Assembly: GCF_021730395.1 (NCBI RefSeq)
Contig: NC_069364.1
Coordinates: forward strand, 83,339,972-83,403,971
Source of the DNA: Mercenaria mercenaria
Lineage: Eukaryota
Direction of reading: 5' to 3'
Length of the DNA: 64,000 bases
The stretch's first letter is position 1. Every line of letters begins with the position of its first letter. Below the pieces are notes generated by a model. That model had not been told where the DNA came from. It searched no databases and saw nothing but the letters and a program-made list of their open reading frames with translations. The position numbers and the translations under genes are program-made. Of this stretch, positions 22,505 to 36,099 are shown in pieces.

Positions 22505-25500
22505 ACAAGAGCTGTCACAGGAGACAGCGCGCTCGACTATTTCGATGTTGGATAGTGAAACTGGGCACATCTGAGGAAACTAGAGCTGTCACTGGAGTGT
22601 TTAATGACTCCAATTGTGGATGAAGATATTACACAATAGCCTGAGTCTATGTCAAAAATATCAACTTAAAGTAATAAGAGAGGTAAAAATAAAATCTATC
22701 AAAACACTATATAAGTATATCCTAAGTAAAAATGGGCATAATTCATTAAATATTGGTGCCAGAGTTATGTACCTTGTGTCATATGGTGTGGGTGATGATG
22801 TTGAACAACTATTTTAAGTTTGAATCAAATCCATTCAGTAATAACAGAGACAGAGTGAAAGTGCATCAAAACTTTAACCTAAAATTCTAAGTAAAAAGGG
22901 GAATAATTCATGAAAAATTGTGCCAGAGTTATGCATCTTGTGTCATATGATGTGGGTGATGATGCTGAACAACTATTTTAAGTTTGAATCAAATCCATTC
23001 ACTAATAACGGAAGTAGAGTGAAAGTGCACCAAAACTTTAACCTGAAATTCTAAGTAAAAAGGGGGAATAATTCATAAAACAAGAGCTGTCCGTAAGACA
23101 GCCAAGCTCGACTATTCGAAATATTGTCACAGAAGCAGGAAATTATTACCCAAAATGTTAAATATCAAAAGAGTTTTAAGTTCGAAACGGGACATAATTT
23201 GACCAAAATGCATATCAGAGTTATGGGACTTGATGCTATCAACTAGTTTAATAACCCCGAAGAAACATGTTAAGTTTCAATTCCATATCTGCATTAGTTT
23301 TGGAGATAGTAACTTGCATGTAAAACTTTAAGCAGAATTTTCTAAGTCCAAAAGGGAGCATAATTTGCTCAAAATACATGTTAAGAGTTATGGAACTTGA
23401 CCCAGTGAGGTTGGTAACTGACCTAGAAAAAGAATAAATAAGTTTCAAAGCTATATGCCTTTTGGTAATAGCTGTATGTACTTGCACGCAAAACTTTAAC
23501 CAGGATTTTCTAAGTCCAAAAGGGTGCATAATTTGCCCAAAATACATGTCAGAGTTATGGGACTTGATTCTATCAACTAGTTTTATAACCCGAAGACACA
23601 TGTGAAGTTTCAATTTAATATCTGCATTAGTTTTGGAGATAGTAACTTGCATGTAAAACTTTAACCAGGATTTTCTAAGTCCAAAAGGGGGCATAATTTG
23701 CTCAAAATACATGTCAGAGTTATGGGACTTGGCCAGTGAGGTAGGTAATTGATCTAGAAAAAGAAAAAATAAGTTTCAAATCAATATGCCTTTTAGTAAT
23801 AGCTGTATGTACTTGCACGCAAAACTTTAACCAGAATTTTCTAAGTCCAAAAGGGGGCATAATTTGGCCAAAATACATGTCAGAGTTATGGGACTTGACC
23901 CAGTGAGGTAGGTAATTGATCTAGAAAAAGAAAAAATAAGTTTCAAATCTATATGCCTTTTAGTAATAGCTGTATGTACTTGCACGCAAAACTTTAACCA
24001 AAATTTTCTAAGTACAAAAGGGGGCATAATTTGGCCAAAATGAAGGTCAGAGTTATGGACTTGGTGCTATCAACTAGTTTTATAACCTCGAAAGACACAT
24101 GTGAAGTTTCAATTCAATATCTGCATTAGTTTTGGAGATAGTAACTTGCATGTAAAACTTTAACCAGAATTTTCTAAGTCCAAAAGGGGGCATAATTTGC
24201 TCAAAATACATGTTAGAGTTATGGAACTTGACCCAGTGAGGTTGGTAATTGACCTAGAAAAAGAATAAATAAGTTTCAAAGCTATATGCCTTTAAATGAT
24301 AGCTGTATGTACTTGCATGCAAAAACTTAACCAAGGTGTGACGCCGACGCTGACGCCGACGCCGACGCCAGGGTGAGTAGAATAGCTAGACTATTCTTCG
24401 AATAGTCGAGCTAAAAATGGTACCAGAGTTATGCACCTTGTGTCATATGATGTGGGTGATGATGTTGAACAATTGTTTAAGTTTGAATCAGATCCATTCA
24501 GTAATAACAGAGATAGAGTGAAAGTGCATAAAACTTTAACCTTAAATTCTAAGTAAAAAGGGGAATAATTCATGAAAAATTGTGCCAGAGTTATGCATCT
24601 TGAGTCATATGATGTGGGTGATGATGCTGAACAACTATTTTAAGTTTGAATCAAATCCATTCAGTAATAACGGAAGTAGAGTGAAAGTGCACCAAAACTT
24701 TAACCTGAAATTCTAAGTAAAAAGGGGGAATAATTCATGGAAAAAATGGTGCCAGAGTTATGCACCTTGTGTCATATGATGTAATAACGGAAGTAGAGTG
24801 AAAGTGCACCAAAACTTTAACCTGAAATTCTAAGTAAAAAGGGGGAATAATTCATGGAAAAAATGGTGCCAGAGTTATGCACCTTGTGTCATATGATGTG
24901 GGTGATGATGTTGAACAACTATTTTAAGTTTGAATCAAATCCATTCAGTTATAACAGAGATAGAGTGAAAGTGCATAAAACTTTAACCTTAAATTCTAAG
25001 TAAAAAGGGGAATAATTCATGAAAAATTGTGCCAGAGTTATGCATCTTGAGTCATATGATGTGGGTGATGATGCTGAACAACTATTTTAAGTTTGAATCA
25101 AATCCATTCAGTAATAACGGAAGTAGAGTGAAAGTGCACCAAAACTTTAACCTGAAATTCTAAGTAAAAAGGGGGAATAATTCATGGAAAAAATGGTGCC
25201 AGAGTTATGCACCTTGTGTCATATGAAGTAATAACGGAAGTAGAGTGAAAGTGCACCAAAACTTTAACCTGAAATTCTAAGTAAAAAGGGGGAATAATTC
25301 ATGGAAAAAATGGTGCCAGAGTTATGCACCTTGTGTCATATGATGTGGGTGATGATGTTGAACAACTATTTTAAGTTTGAATCAAATCCATTCAGTTATA
25401 ACAGAGATAGAGTGAAAGTGCATCAAAACTTTAACCTGAAAATCTAAGTGAAAAGGGGGGATAATTCATGAAATATTGGTGCCAGAATTATGGCCCTTAT

Positions 25501-25690
25501 GTCAGATGATGTGGATGATGATGAGGAATAAGTATTTCAAGTTTGAATCAAATCCATCAAGTAATTACAGAGATAAGTTGAAAAAAGAGAAAGTGCACCA
25601 AAACTTTAACCAAGGTGGGGACGCGGAAAGACGCCGACGCCGGGGCGAGTAGGATAGCTCTCCTTATACTTCGTATAGTGGAGCTAAAAA
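22505..25690 (+). mobile_element. Helentron-like element with a roughly 155-bp array, split by the nested element at 23079-24417.
   Basis: 5' end AACAAGAGCTGTCACAGGAGACAGCGCGCTCGACTATTTCGATG. The array units ..GGAATAATTCATGAAAAATTGTGCCAGAGTTATGCA.. resume immediately after 24417. 3' end GACGCCGACGCCGGGGCGAGTAGGATAGCTCTCCTTATACTTCGTATAGTGGAGCTAAAAATC. Confidence 0.6.
23079..24417 (+). mobile_element. Helentron-like element (alternating ~170-bp array) nested inside 22505-25690.
   Basis: 5' end AACAAGAGCTGTCCGTAAGACAGCCAAGCTCGACTATTCGAAATATTGTCACAGAAGCAGG. 3' end (GACGCC)n CAGGGTGAGTAGAATAGCTAGACTATTCTTCGAATAGTCGAGCTAAAAA. The insertion sits inside an A-run of the host monomer (AATTCATAAA^...^TGGTACCAGAG). 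Confidence 0.65.
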
Positions 25691-25799
25691 TCAAAAACAA
25701 AATGTATCCCTATGTTCATGGCAAAACAAGTCAAAATTCAGCATTACTATTATTAGAGATATCTGCCTACATCATCATAATTGAGCTGGGCCATAAGAA

Positions 25800-26030
25800 A
25801 ACCAACATATTGCATTTGCGACCAGCTTGGATCCAGACCAGCCTGTGCATCCGCGCAGTTTGGTCAGGATCCATGCTGTTCGCTACTGGTTTCTCTAATT
25901 GCAATAGGCTTTGAAAGCGAACAGCATGGATCCTGACCAGACTGTGCGAATGCGCAGGCTAGTCTGGATCCGTGCTGCATGGTCACAAACGCTGTATGTT
26001 GGTTTTCTCATGGTGCGGCTCATATGTTAT
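25800..26030. repeat. Foldback (long-palindrome) element, copy A. It has roughly 55-bp arms around a 33-bp loop.
   Basis: Arms GCGCAGTTTGGTCAGGATCCATGCTGTTCGC / GCGAACAGCATGGATCCTGACCAGACTGTGCG and loop TACTGGTTTCTCTAATTGCAATAGGCTTTGAAA. Copy B lies at 58500-58745. Confidence 0.6.
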
Positions 26031-26374
26031 TGAGTAACCACCAGACAAAGTATTTTCAGAAGCAGCTCAACCATGCGTGAAAATACAAAATCTTGTATTT
26101 GCAAAAAAAGCAAGTTTAGATCTTATAAAAATATATATTAATATATATAAGATCAAGTTTGACCTTGTTATACACACATAATACATTTTATTTATACATT
26201 TTTCTTTTATTCAAATTGTTTTTAATTCAAATTTTACCATTAATTTTTACCCACACAAGATCATGTCACAAAGTTCAAGCTGGAAAGAGTATAATATTTC
26301 TATGAGATTTATAGACTTCATTTGTATTTAGATATGAAAGGGCACACAGTTTTAATTTCTTGGACGAAATTTTT

Positions 26375-27267
26375 ATTTTATTACCCGAAATTATAACCAG
26401 AATACAAGTAGCATTCACATTTTTACATGTTTATTTGTACATTTCAGATATGAATACAGTCACATATTTCAATTACCGGCACGTAAGATACTGTAAACAG
26501 TGCTAATTCAACCTATGAAATATTCCTTTCAATATAAAAGTTATTATCAATATTTTGGCAGAGTATGGCCACTCCAATGAAAGCTATTTGAAAAACCAGT
26601 CGACCGGAGGAGGAAACCAGACGTACTCGTAAAGCACCACGTTATTGCTCCACGTTACCTGTAGAGCAACAAGCGCGCACACGGACGCAAGGGATACCAC
26701 AGTACACCACAGTAAATTAACATCCCCAAAACTCGACGTTACCTGCAAAGCAATGAGGAATATTTAGCGGACCAACGGAGCAAGGCAACGTACTGTGGTT
26801 CTAAGCAACGAGCAAGGCTACAGTACACAACAATATTTAGCGGACCAACGGAGCAAGGCAACGTACTGTAATTCTAAGCAACGAGCAAGGCTACAGTACA
26901 CCACAATATTTAGCGGAGCAAGGCAACGTACTGTACTTCTAAGCAAGGCAAATACTATAATGAGCAAGGCTACAGTACACCACAGTAAATTAAATATTCC
27001 CCATAACTCGACGTTACCTGCAAAGTAATGAGGAACATTTAGCGGACCAATGGAGCAAGGCAACGTACTGTAATTCTAAGCGAGGCAAATACTATATGAT
27101 GAGCAAGGCTATGACATCAGCAAGGCTATGATACATTTAAGCAAGGCTAGTCAGATATTGCCAAGGCACTAGAGCAATACCTTTAATATACACCGTAACA
27201 TCCGTACCATCAAAACGTCCCAAAGCACGCCCGATCACCCCCACGGTCGACAGAATTCTTCCAGGCC
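26375..27267 (+). repeat. Copy 1 of an 890-bp direct duplication. It contains about 6 copies of a 60-bp internal tandem repeat (AGCAAGGCAACGTACTGT...).
   Basis: Near-identical to 27930-28823. The internal repeats lie at 26760-27100. Confidence 0.7.
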
Positions 27268-27621
27268 CTTACAATTAGGAGTGACATAAAAATAATTGTA
27301 ATATAAATATGGAAATGATTAAACTGGAATTTTAGTAATAAAAAATTATACATGTATTAATTCTAAATTGTCCTTTTGATTTCTCATAAAGCAACAATCC
27401 GGAAGAATGATATCCTTTTAGATTTGTCTGTTTCACAAATTGTTTTGTAGCCAGGAATCCGTTCAATTAATGCTGTGGAAAGTACATGGAGTCTGATCAC
27501 TTCCGGAGTTGGCACCCAATGGCAGCATATTATCTGCAACATAAATACTTCACAAAACAGTCAGATTGTCATAACAGAATTAAAGGTACAAAATATAATG
27601 AATTGTAGTATACAACAATTT

Positions 27622-27648
27622 TTATTATTATTATTATTATTATTATTA
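27622..27648. repeat. (ATT)9 microsatellite.
   Basis: ttattattattattattattattact. Confidence 0.8.
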
Positions 27649-27668
27649 CTGGGGTGTGGCGGGTGGGC

Positions 27669-27945
27669 AATTTAACATCGATCTGAAGCGCTAGCCAATA
27701 CACCTTTAGTTCAACTGAGAAGATTGCACGTGCTCTCGATTTAATATAACGCTCGAGTGGTTCCCTGACGAATAGGCGTTTATCATTAATCTGTTATGTT
27801 TAGACAAGGAACTAGAAAACTGGATTACTTGACAACGACGATAGTTTATAGCTAACACACCTAGCAACGAGATAGCCATAAATTTCGGGAAAAATAAAAG
27901 TAATTATTTTTAGGCAAAATAATTTTTATTATTTTATTACCCGAA
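27669..27945 (+). repeat. About 275-bp segment that is duplicated at 32704-32975.
   Basis: AATTTAACATCGATCTGAAGCGCTAGCCAATACACC...GGCAAAATAATTTTTATTATTT is shared between the two copies. Confidence 0.7.
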
Positions 27946-28823
27946 ATTATAACCAGAAGACAAGTAGCATTCACATTTTTACATGTTTATTTGTACATTT
28001 CAGATATGAATACAGTCACATATTTCAATTACCGGCACGTAAGATACTGTAAACAGTGCTAATTCAACCTATGAAATATTCCTTTCAATATAAAAGTTTT
28101 ATCAATATTTTGGCAGAGTATGGCCACTCCAATGAAAGCTATTTGAAAAACCAGTCGACCGGGAGGAAAACCAGACGTACTCGTAAAGCACCACGTTATT
28201 GCTCCACGTTACCTGTAGAGCAACAAGCAGCGCCACACGGACGCAAGGGATACCACAGTACACCACAGTAAATTAAACATCCCCCAAAACTCGACGTTAC
28301 CTGCAAAGCAATGAGGATATTAGCGGACCAACGGAGCAAGGCAACGTACTGTGGTTCTAAGCAACGAGCAAGGCTACAGTACACAACAATATTTAGCGGA
28401 CCAACGGAGCAAGGCAACGTACTGTAATTCTAAGCAACGAGCAAGGCTACAGTACACCACAATATTTAGCGGAGCAAGGCAACGTACTGTACTTCTAAGC
28501 AAGGCAAATACTATAATGAGCAAGGCTACAGTACACCACAGTAAATTAAATATTCCCATAACTCGACGTTACCTGCAAAGTAATGAGGAACATTTAGCGG
28601 ACCAATGGAGCAAGGCAACGTACTGTAATTCTAAGCGAGGCAAATACTATATGATGAGCAAGGCTATGACATCAGCAAGGCTATGATACATTTAAGCAAG
28701 GCTAGTCAGATATTGCCAAGGCACTAGAGCAATACCTTTAATATACACCGTAACATCCGTACCATCAAAACGTCCCAAAGCACGCCCGATCGCCCCCCGG
28801 TCGAACAGAATTTTTTCCAGGCC
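27930..28823 (+). repeat. Copy 2 of the 890-bp direct duplication.
   Basis: Aligns to 26375-27267 with only a few substitutions and indels. Confidence 0.7.
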
Positions 28824-30766
28824 ACAATAAATTTGCCAAAATTTATCCCCCAAAAATTTCTGTGCAACGATTTCTTAAATTCTAAAAAATACTATCTCAA
28901 CTTTACACAATTATATTTGTTCTTTAAAACCAAACTGGTTCATCCATATAACTTATAACATAATCGGATAGGCTATTTGAAAGACAAGTAGAGCAAATCC
29001 CCCAACATCACGTGATCACGTTTGTGCCAGTGTATGAAACAAGGAGCGGAAGGATTATCGTCTTGAGTGATTCGGATCATTTGTTCATCATCATGATGAT
29101 AATCTATAGTTCTATCTTTGAAAGAAATAACTAACTTAAATGCTTACCTAAAATATATTTGTTTGGATACACGTTTTATCTTAAGATTTATGTCCTAATG
29201 TAATTCAATTAAATTCAATTCCAACCATGTTGATATGTGCCCCTTCAAGGCTATACATCAATATCCAGAAAGACCATTATCCCTTTTATCCGCAAGCATT
29301 ATCCCTTTTATCCACAAGCATTATGTTGTTTACTGCATTTTGTTTAGCTTTTCAATGAGTTTACCAGGCCTCAATCGGGTCGGGTATGACAACACAATCC
29401 AATACACTACGGTACCAATTTAAACATAGTATAGATTAACTTGATACTAATTAAAACGACTGCATGTTTATACATTGTATTATCGTTTGCTTGTTATGGT
29501 TCTCATGCATCGTTGAACTCAGAAGATTGTCAATGAAAAAAGTTAAGTGCATACTGAAATGTTTTCTGTATTGAAACGTTTTAATGAAGAAAATCATAAT
29601 TATCAAACATTTTATCGTTTAAGTTACCGTGTGGGATTTATACATCAAGGCATGTCTGCCCTATTGATTTATAATAATACTGCGGTAGAATACCGAAGCT
29701 AGCGGATGGGTCACACATCCCTAAAAATTGTCGTGGGAATTATAATGTATTTATAAATGAATAGATCTACTGCGGAACTAGGTCGATATATTTATCAATA
29801 ACGTGTTAAAGTAGTTGTACTTCTGTCGAATCGTATATTAAAAGAAAACCATACTTTACTATGAAGACCTGAATAATCGACTTTTCCAATAATGTTTCGC
29901 TATCGCTTTTCTACTTCTAAATACGTAATCGTTCTATAAATAGATTGCGCTATACAGCATGAAATATGTCCAGATATTCAACTTACACGAAAACACAATT
30001 TCAACCTTATTTTGTAAATCTAATACATAATGACGTTAACATTATCTGTCTTCAGTAAATAATTTCGGCTTGGTTTGTCAAAGAAATTTTTTACTTAAAT
30101 ATTAAAAATCCGACTTTAATAATTTTATAACAAACCAACACTGATTTATGAAATCCCGGTTCCGGGCTAAGGTCAAAAAACTACAGAATTTCGTTAACAT
30201 GATTATAGTGCTACATGGGCTATTCGGAGAGAATTCACTTACTGGACAGGAGAAAAATTAAGACAACCAAAAAATTTCATTCATACATAACGTAACAACG
30301 ACTGGTAGTTTGTTACAGATTTCAACCAAATCCATGATAACCAGCTCTGAAGTTTTGCTCACTACACATACATACTCCAGTGATAAAATCATCAGTCAAG
30401 AGTGTTGTAATACAGTATGATGACTTCCAAAATTTTAAGAACCATTAATATGATCTGTGATATTGGATTCGGCTAAATATTGGCAGTATATCTTAACGCT
30501 ACATATTTACAACTATGATGACCTAATCTTACATTAGTTAGCTTCTAACACCAAACAAAAACGTGACACTATATAACGGGAAACCAAGTGCAAAACAGTT
30601 CTATCTATGCTCTTCAAGAATGGAGGAAATAAAAGAATCTATCTATATATCTAACTAAATACTATTAAGAATTAATGACAACCAATAAAATATCATAGGA
30701 AAGCTAGCCACATATACATGTATAAATTCAATCGATTTCTCTTTAGTTTTAAAAGTTTAGAATGGT

Positions 30767-30772
<6 letters not shown>

Positions 30773-30799
<27 letters not shown>
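30773..30799. repeat. Poly(T) tract of 27 nt. A second tract lies at 31185-31203.
   Basis: Uninterrupted T run. Confidence 0.8.
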
Positions 30800-33229
30800 G
30801 AGGCCGCAACTTGAATTAACAAAGTTTTCGTGATATCTTATTTGACTCTGGTAACAATAGAATCTATAATAATATAATAGAATCCGGTTCTGTATGGAAA
30901 ATAACAAAATATCTATTGTTTTTCAGCCTCTAAATTGACAGACATCACGATTCTGACCCCGTTTCTTCGAAAAATTCAGTAACAATGTGTTTCGGGAAAC
31001 GTAACAATCGTTTCAAATTTAATGTACGGAAAGTTGAGCTTCAACGAAACAGAATTTCCTCACCAAATTAACAAACGTAGTAGTGCAACAATTAACATCC
31101 TGAACACCAAACAAAGAACAAACTGCCCAACTAATACTGTTTAAAAACGTTTGAATCTTATTTTCATAATAGACCACGCGATTTTTTTTTTTTTTTTTTT
31201 TTTGTAAAACGTTTTGCGAGCATTTAGCCTAAAATAACAGTGAACGAGTTACATAAAATTTATCAACAACTTGCGTCACTCTATTTCAAAGATGCACTAC
31301 AAAGTAACGGTACTCTTTGTAATCTGTGATGACAACTCTACATGATTTGCATGAAAAATACATGAGGCACACAAGAATTTAGTTCAAAATTGACAGTGAC
31401 ATATTAAGCGAAGACAATGTGCATTGCATGAATTAATGTAGCGATATATATGTACGTCGGTGTGTTTAGTTAAATTTCAATCATATTTTGTTTCCCAGCA
31501 TAAGAAAATTATTCCTCTATACTTGACAAACTATGCTGAAAAGAGATTTAATAAATAAGTCTTCAGATAATGTTGCGAAAACACATTTATCAAAGGAAGG
31601 GCCAAAATTACCCACCTGACATGTACATTATACCTGTATTATACAACCTAGCAAGTTCAACATCTTTATTTATTTGGATTAAGTATTGTGGATCTTAAAT
31701 TTTCGATTCTATGGATGCACGTGTTCCCGTGCAGTGTATTTGAAGATCATTACCGAAACCAATCGGAAGAAAATGTAAGTACATCTAAGTCTAATATTGA
31801 ACCAGTGAATTTGTTAGTGATATTTGTTTATGATATCGAAAGAGTTAAATGACCTAACCTGATCCAACGTTAACAGGTGCTGATGCCTGCGTTTGCATGC
31901 CGACAGATTCTCCTGGTCATGTAAAACTTATCGCAAAGTGAGGGTCGTAATTAATAGTGTTGAGAAAACCTACTTAAATATCTTACAGTTGCGTCCTTGT
32001 ATAAATATTTTTCCTTACAATCTTTCTGGTTTCCATAACCCATCCGATCTTAATCCGTATACTATACCCTTGCAATACTAAACTATTCGACGGTCCCATA
32101 AAGGGGACATTAACGTAAAACACTCAAAAAAAATTTGCTATTTAAATTGCGGGAAGTAAATGAGCACAACAGTGTCACTGTCTTATGAAATGTGACGTCA
32201 CCGATGTTACTATTTACTTTGCGAGCACCATACGAGTAATAAAACGGAAATGCCCTATGTGAATCACGTGTATTGAAAGTACCACTGCCTGTCGGAATCA
32301 AGAAACTATTACGACAGTTGACTGAACTAGCAACATTATTGTTTTGGTTCGAATCTGTAAAATTATGAGAAATAGGGTCGCCACACCCCGTATTAAGTTT
32401 ACAGTTAATACAATACACAATTCATAATCGGTGCATAGATGTTAACGGGAAGAGATTAACTGTGTATAACTATTTACTGACGTAAGTACTGTCATTACCA
32501 AACTGCAGAATTAATTGCGACTCCTTCGAAATTTGTTCGAAATCAATAACAAACGTACCGGCATTTTGTCTGATGCCTGGAATTTCTGGCAAATCCGCCG
32601 TCTAGTTCGCCTTTCATTTCCTTCCCTTCATAATCATCTCGACAGGCTGGCTCGCCTCTACCTTTCAGGCGTGTTCTGCATCGACCACGTGGCATGGCTA
32701 TTCAATTTAACATCGATCTGAAGCGCTAGCCAATACACCTTTAGTTCAACTGAGAAGATTGCACGTGCTCTCGATTTAATATAACGCTCGAGTGGTTCCC
32801 TGACGAATAGGCGTTTATCATTAATCTGTTATGTTTAGACAAGGAACTAGAAAACTGGATTACTTGACAACGACGATAGTTTATAGCTAACACACCTAGC
32901 AACGAGATAGCCATAAATTTCGGGAAAAATAAAAGTAATTATTTTTAGGCAAAATAATTTTTATTATTTCCATGTCTTATTACTTTAGTACAAAACTATA
33001 TTTTATTATATACCTATATAAATTTTGTCAAAAATTTGCACTGTTTTTCACAAGTGATTATGACCAAGCAGAAAATAATTCTGTTTTGTACCTTGAGCAA
33101 AAGCTGGCACAGTTATATAAACAGCACAAACAAAAAACATCATTCATTTTGTTTTAACATTAACAAACGTTTAAGATTTTGTCCGATTACAAAACAACAA
33201 ACAAAAAGGTGGAAGCATATAATAAAAGG

Positions 33230-33545
33230 AGCCTAGTGGTAGAGTGTCCGCTTCGAGTGCGGGAGGTCGTGGGTTCGATCCCCGGCCGCGTCATACCAAA
33301 GACGTAAAAAATGGTACTAGTAGCTTCCTTGCTTGTTGGCGCTCAGCATTAAGAGGATAGTGCTAGGACTGGTCAGCCTGGTGTCAGTATAATGTGACTG
33401 GGCGGGGTATCATGCCACGTGTCTACGGCGTGATATTCCAGTGAGGCAGCACTATAAAGTTGGGCATTGTGCTCACTGCTACAAGTAGACACCGTTTATA
33501 TGACTGAAAAATTGTTGAAAAAGACGTTAAACCCGAACACACACA
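33230..33545 (+). mobile_element. tRNA-derived SINE (family 2) with a 14-bp target-site duplication.
   Basis: Head AGCCTAGTGGTAGAGTGTCCGCTTCGAGTGCGGGAGGTCGTGGGTTCGATCCCCGGCCGC and tail ACACACACA. The duplication CATATAATAAAAGG lies at 33216-33229 and 33546-33559. It aligns along its whole length to 18767-19099. Confidence 0.75.
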
Positions 33546-34303
33546 CATATAATAAAAGGGTCATTACAGCAGTAGCTAGATCTGGGATGCTGTATTTGGC
33601 TAAAGTGGATTTTGGCAGATCGGATCTCACGAGGCGCGCAATCGCAGAGTATGATCCATTCTTGCAAAATCCACTAGATAATATAATATCCCTATAATAT
33701 TACACTCTAGTTTTGTTAAGTATGTCAGATCCAATTATCTATAATTTCATACTCTTCCTCATTCAGATGTGATACCGAACAAGTAAAATTCTGGAATGTA
33801 ATCTATTATGTCAATCAAATAATGAGGATGTGTGAAATCATTTATCCTCTACCTCTAATTCATGTGGATAAGTTGTCAGTTTGTCAGTTACTTGTGGAAA
33901 ATGGGCAAGTAGTCTGGCACAGAATTGAGAAACTCTGGTTAGGTTATCCACCTGTCATTACATAACTGAATAACTCTGAAGTACATGTACTATTGAAAAA
34001 CTGCTAACACGTACCCCAACAAAAAAGAAAAAAGAAGAGTAAATCAAGAGTTGTCCATAAAACAGCACGCTCCACTATTTGGTGATTTGACAGTAAAATG
34101 AATTTATGTCTCATAAGAGACTTCTACTTTAAAGGGAAAATACACCAAGACATAAAAAGACCCTAATAATCAGAGGGATTAAAGGTCAAGTATGGAAGGG
34201 GTACTGACATTTTTTATTTCTTCTTTTTCTTCCAGAGAAGGTCAGGAGTCTAAAAGACAGTATTGTTGACCTAACTAGGGTGATGAAATTAAATTATATC
34301 AGA

Positions 34304-36005
34304 AACAAGAGATCACAGAGTGATCTTGGCGCCCACCATTTAGCCATTTTTGAATGTTCCAAATTTCAAGACTAGCTCAAGGTCAAAATCAGGGTCAAAT
34401 TTCATTTCGGTACAGAACACTGTGCATGTGGTCCATGCATGTGTTTCAAATTTTAAAGCTGTAGCTTGAGAAATGTTAAAGTAGGTCACTAGATCAATTT
34501 CAAGGTCAAAGTTCATTTTGGTACACAAAACTATGCATGTGCTTCAAATTTGGAGGCTGTAGCTTGAGAAATGTGAAATTAGGTACTAGGTAAAAATCAA
34601 TGTCAAATTTCAATTCAGAACACAAAAATATGCATGTGGTCCAAATTTGAGGCCTGTAGCTTCAGAAATGTGAAAGTAGGTCACTAGGTCAATCTCAAGA
34701 TCAAAGTTCATTTCGGTACACAAAACTATGCACGCGGTCCAAATTTGAAGGCTGTAGCTTGAAAAATGTGAAAGTAGGTCACTAGGTCAAAATCAAGGTC
34801 AAATTTCATTTCAGAACACAAAACTACGCATGTGGTCCAAATTTGAAGCCTGTACCTTCAAAAATGTGAAAGTAGGTCACTAGGTCAATGTCAAGGTCAA
34901 AGTTTGTTTCGGGACACAAAATTATGCATGCAGTCCAAATTTGATTTGAAGGCTGTAGCTACAGAAATGTGGAAGTAGGTCACTAGGCCAAGATCAAGGT
35001 CAACTCATATCAAGGTTTATCTTGCTTCTCAAAACTATACATGTGGTCCAAATTTGAATGTTGTAGGTTATCGATAAAAAGAAGTTTTTCCCTATATAAG
35101 TCTATATGAACCATGTGACCCCCGGGGCGGGGCCATATTTGACCCTAGGGGAATAATTTTAATAAACTTGGTAGAGAACCACTTGATGATGCTACATTAC
35201 AAATATCAAAGCCCTAGGCTTTGTGGTTTGAACAAGAAGATTTTCAAAGTTTTTCCCTATATAAGTCTATGTAAACCATGTGACACCAGGGCGGGGCCAT
35301 ATTTGACCCTAGGGGGATAATTTTAATAATCTTAGTGATGGACCACTAGATGATGTCACATACAAAATATCAAAGCCCTAGGCCCTGTGGTTTTGGACAA
35401 GAGGTTTTTCAAAGTTTTTCCCTATATAAGTCTATATAAACAATGTGACCCCTGGGGCGGGGCCATATTTGACCCTAGGGGGATAATTTGAACAAACTCG
35501 GTAGAAAACCACTAGATGATGCTACATTACAAATATCAAAGCCCTAGGCTTTGTAGTTTGGACAAGAAGATTTTCAAAGTTTTTCCCTATATAAGTCTAT
35601 GTAAACCGTGTGACCCTCAGGGTGGTGCCATATTTGACCCCAGGGAAATAATTTGAACTATCTAGGTAGAGGACCATTAGATGATGCTTCATACCAAATA
35701 TCAAAGCCCTAGGCCCTGTGGTTTTCAACAAAAAGATTTTCAAAGTTTTTCCCTATATAAATCTGTGTAAATTATAAAAATAAATAAAGGGCCATAACTC
35801 ACTCAAAAATTGTTGAACCAGTCTGATTTTCAGGGGGACACAACTAGGGTACAAATACATCATTCTGACAAAGTTTGGTCAAAATCCCCCCCAGTAGTTT
35901 CTGAGGAGATGCGATAACAAGAAATTGTTAACGGACGGAAGGACGACGGACCACGGACGCAGAGTGATTTGAAAAGCCCACCATCTGATGATGGTGGGCT
36001 AAAAA
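34304..36005 (+). mobile_element. Helentron-like element carrying two different tandem arrays (about 120 bp x6 at 34370-35050, and about 180 bp x4 at 35060-35770).
   Basis: 5' end AACAAGAGATCACAGAGTGATCTTGGCGCCCACCAT. 3' end GGACGGAAGGACGACGGACCACGGACGC ... AGCCCACCATCTGATGATGGTGGGCTAAAAACAG. The second array matches the window-start satellite (1-345) in reverse orientation. Confidence 0.6.
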
Positions 36006-36099
36006 CAGTCAAAGAAACTACATGCACATAAAGTATAAAGGATTTGCTAAACTCAAATTATATTTATACTTATTTTTTATTTATTTTTATTTATTATTA

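Noticed and set aside
23248-23712. 154-aa ORF on the - strand, the longest ORF in the window; likewise 44131-44541 (136 aa), 54997-55410 (137 aa), 18136-18537 (133 aa), 46236-46631 (131 aa) and 62480-62767.
   Set aside because: Each lies wholly inside tandem arrays or SINEs. Their translations contain internal peptide repeats that mirror the DNA repeat, for example MYFEQIM.PFGLRK.WLKF..QV three times. They have no start context or homology, so they are translation artefacts.
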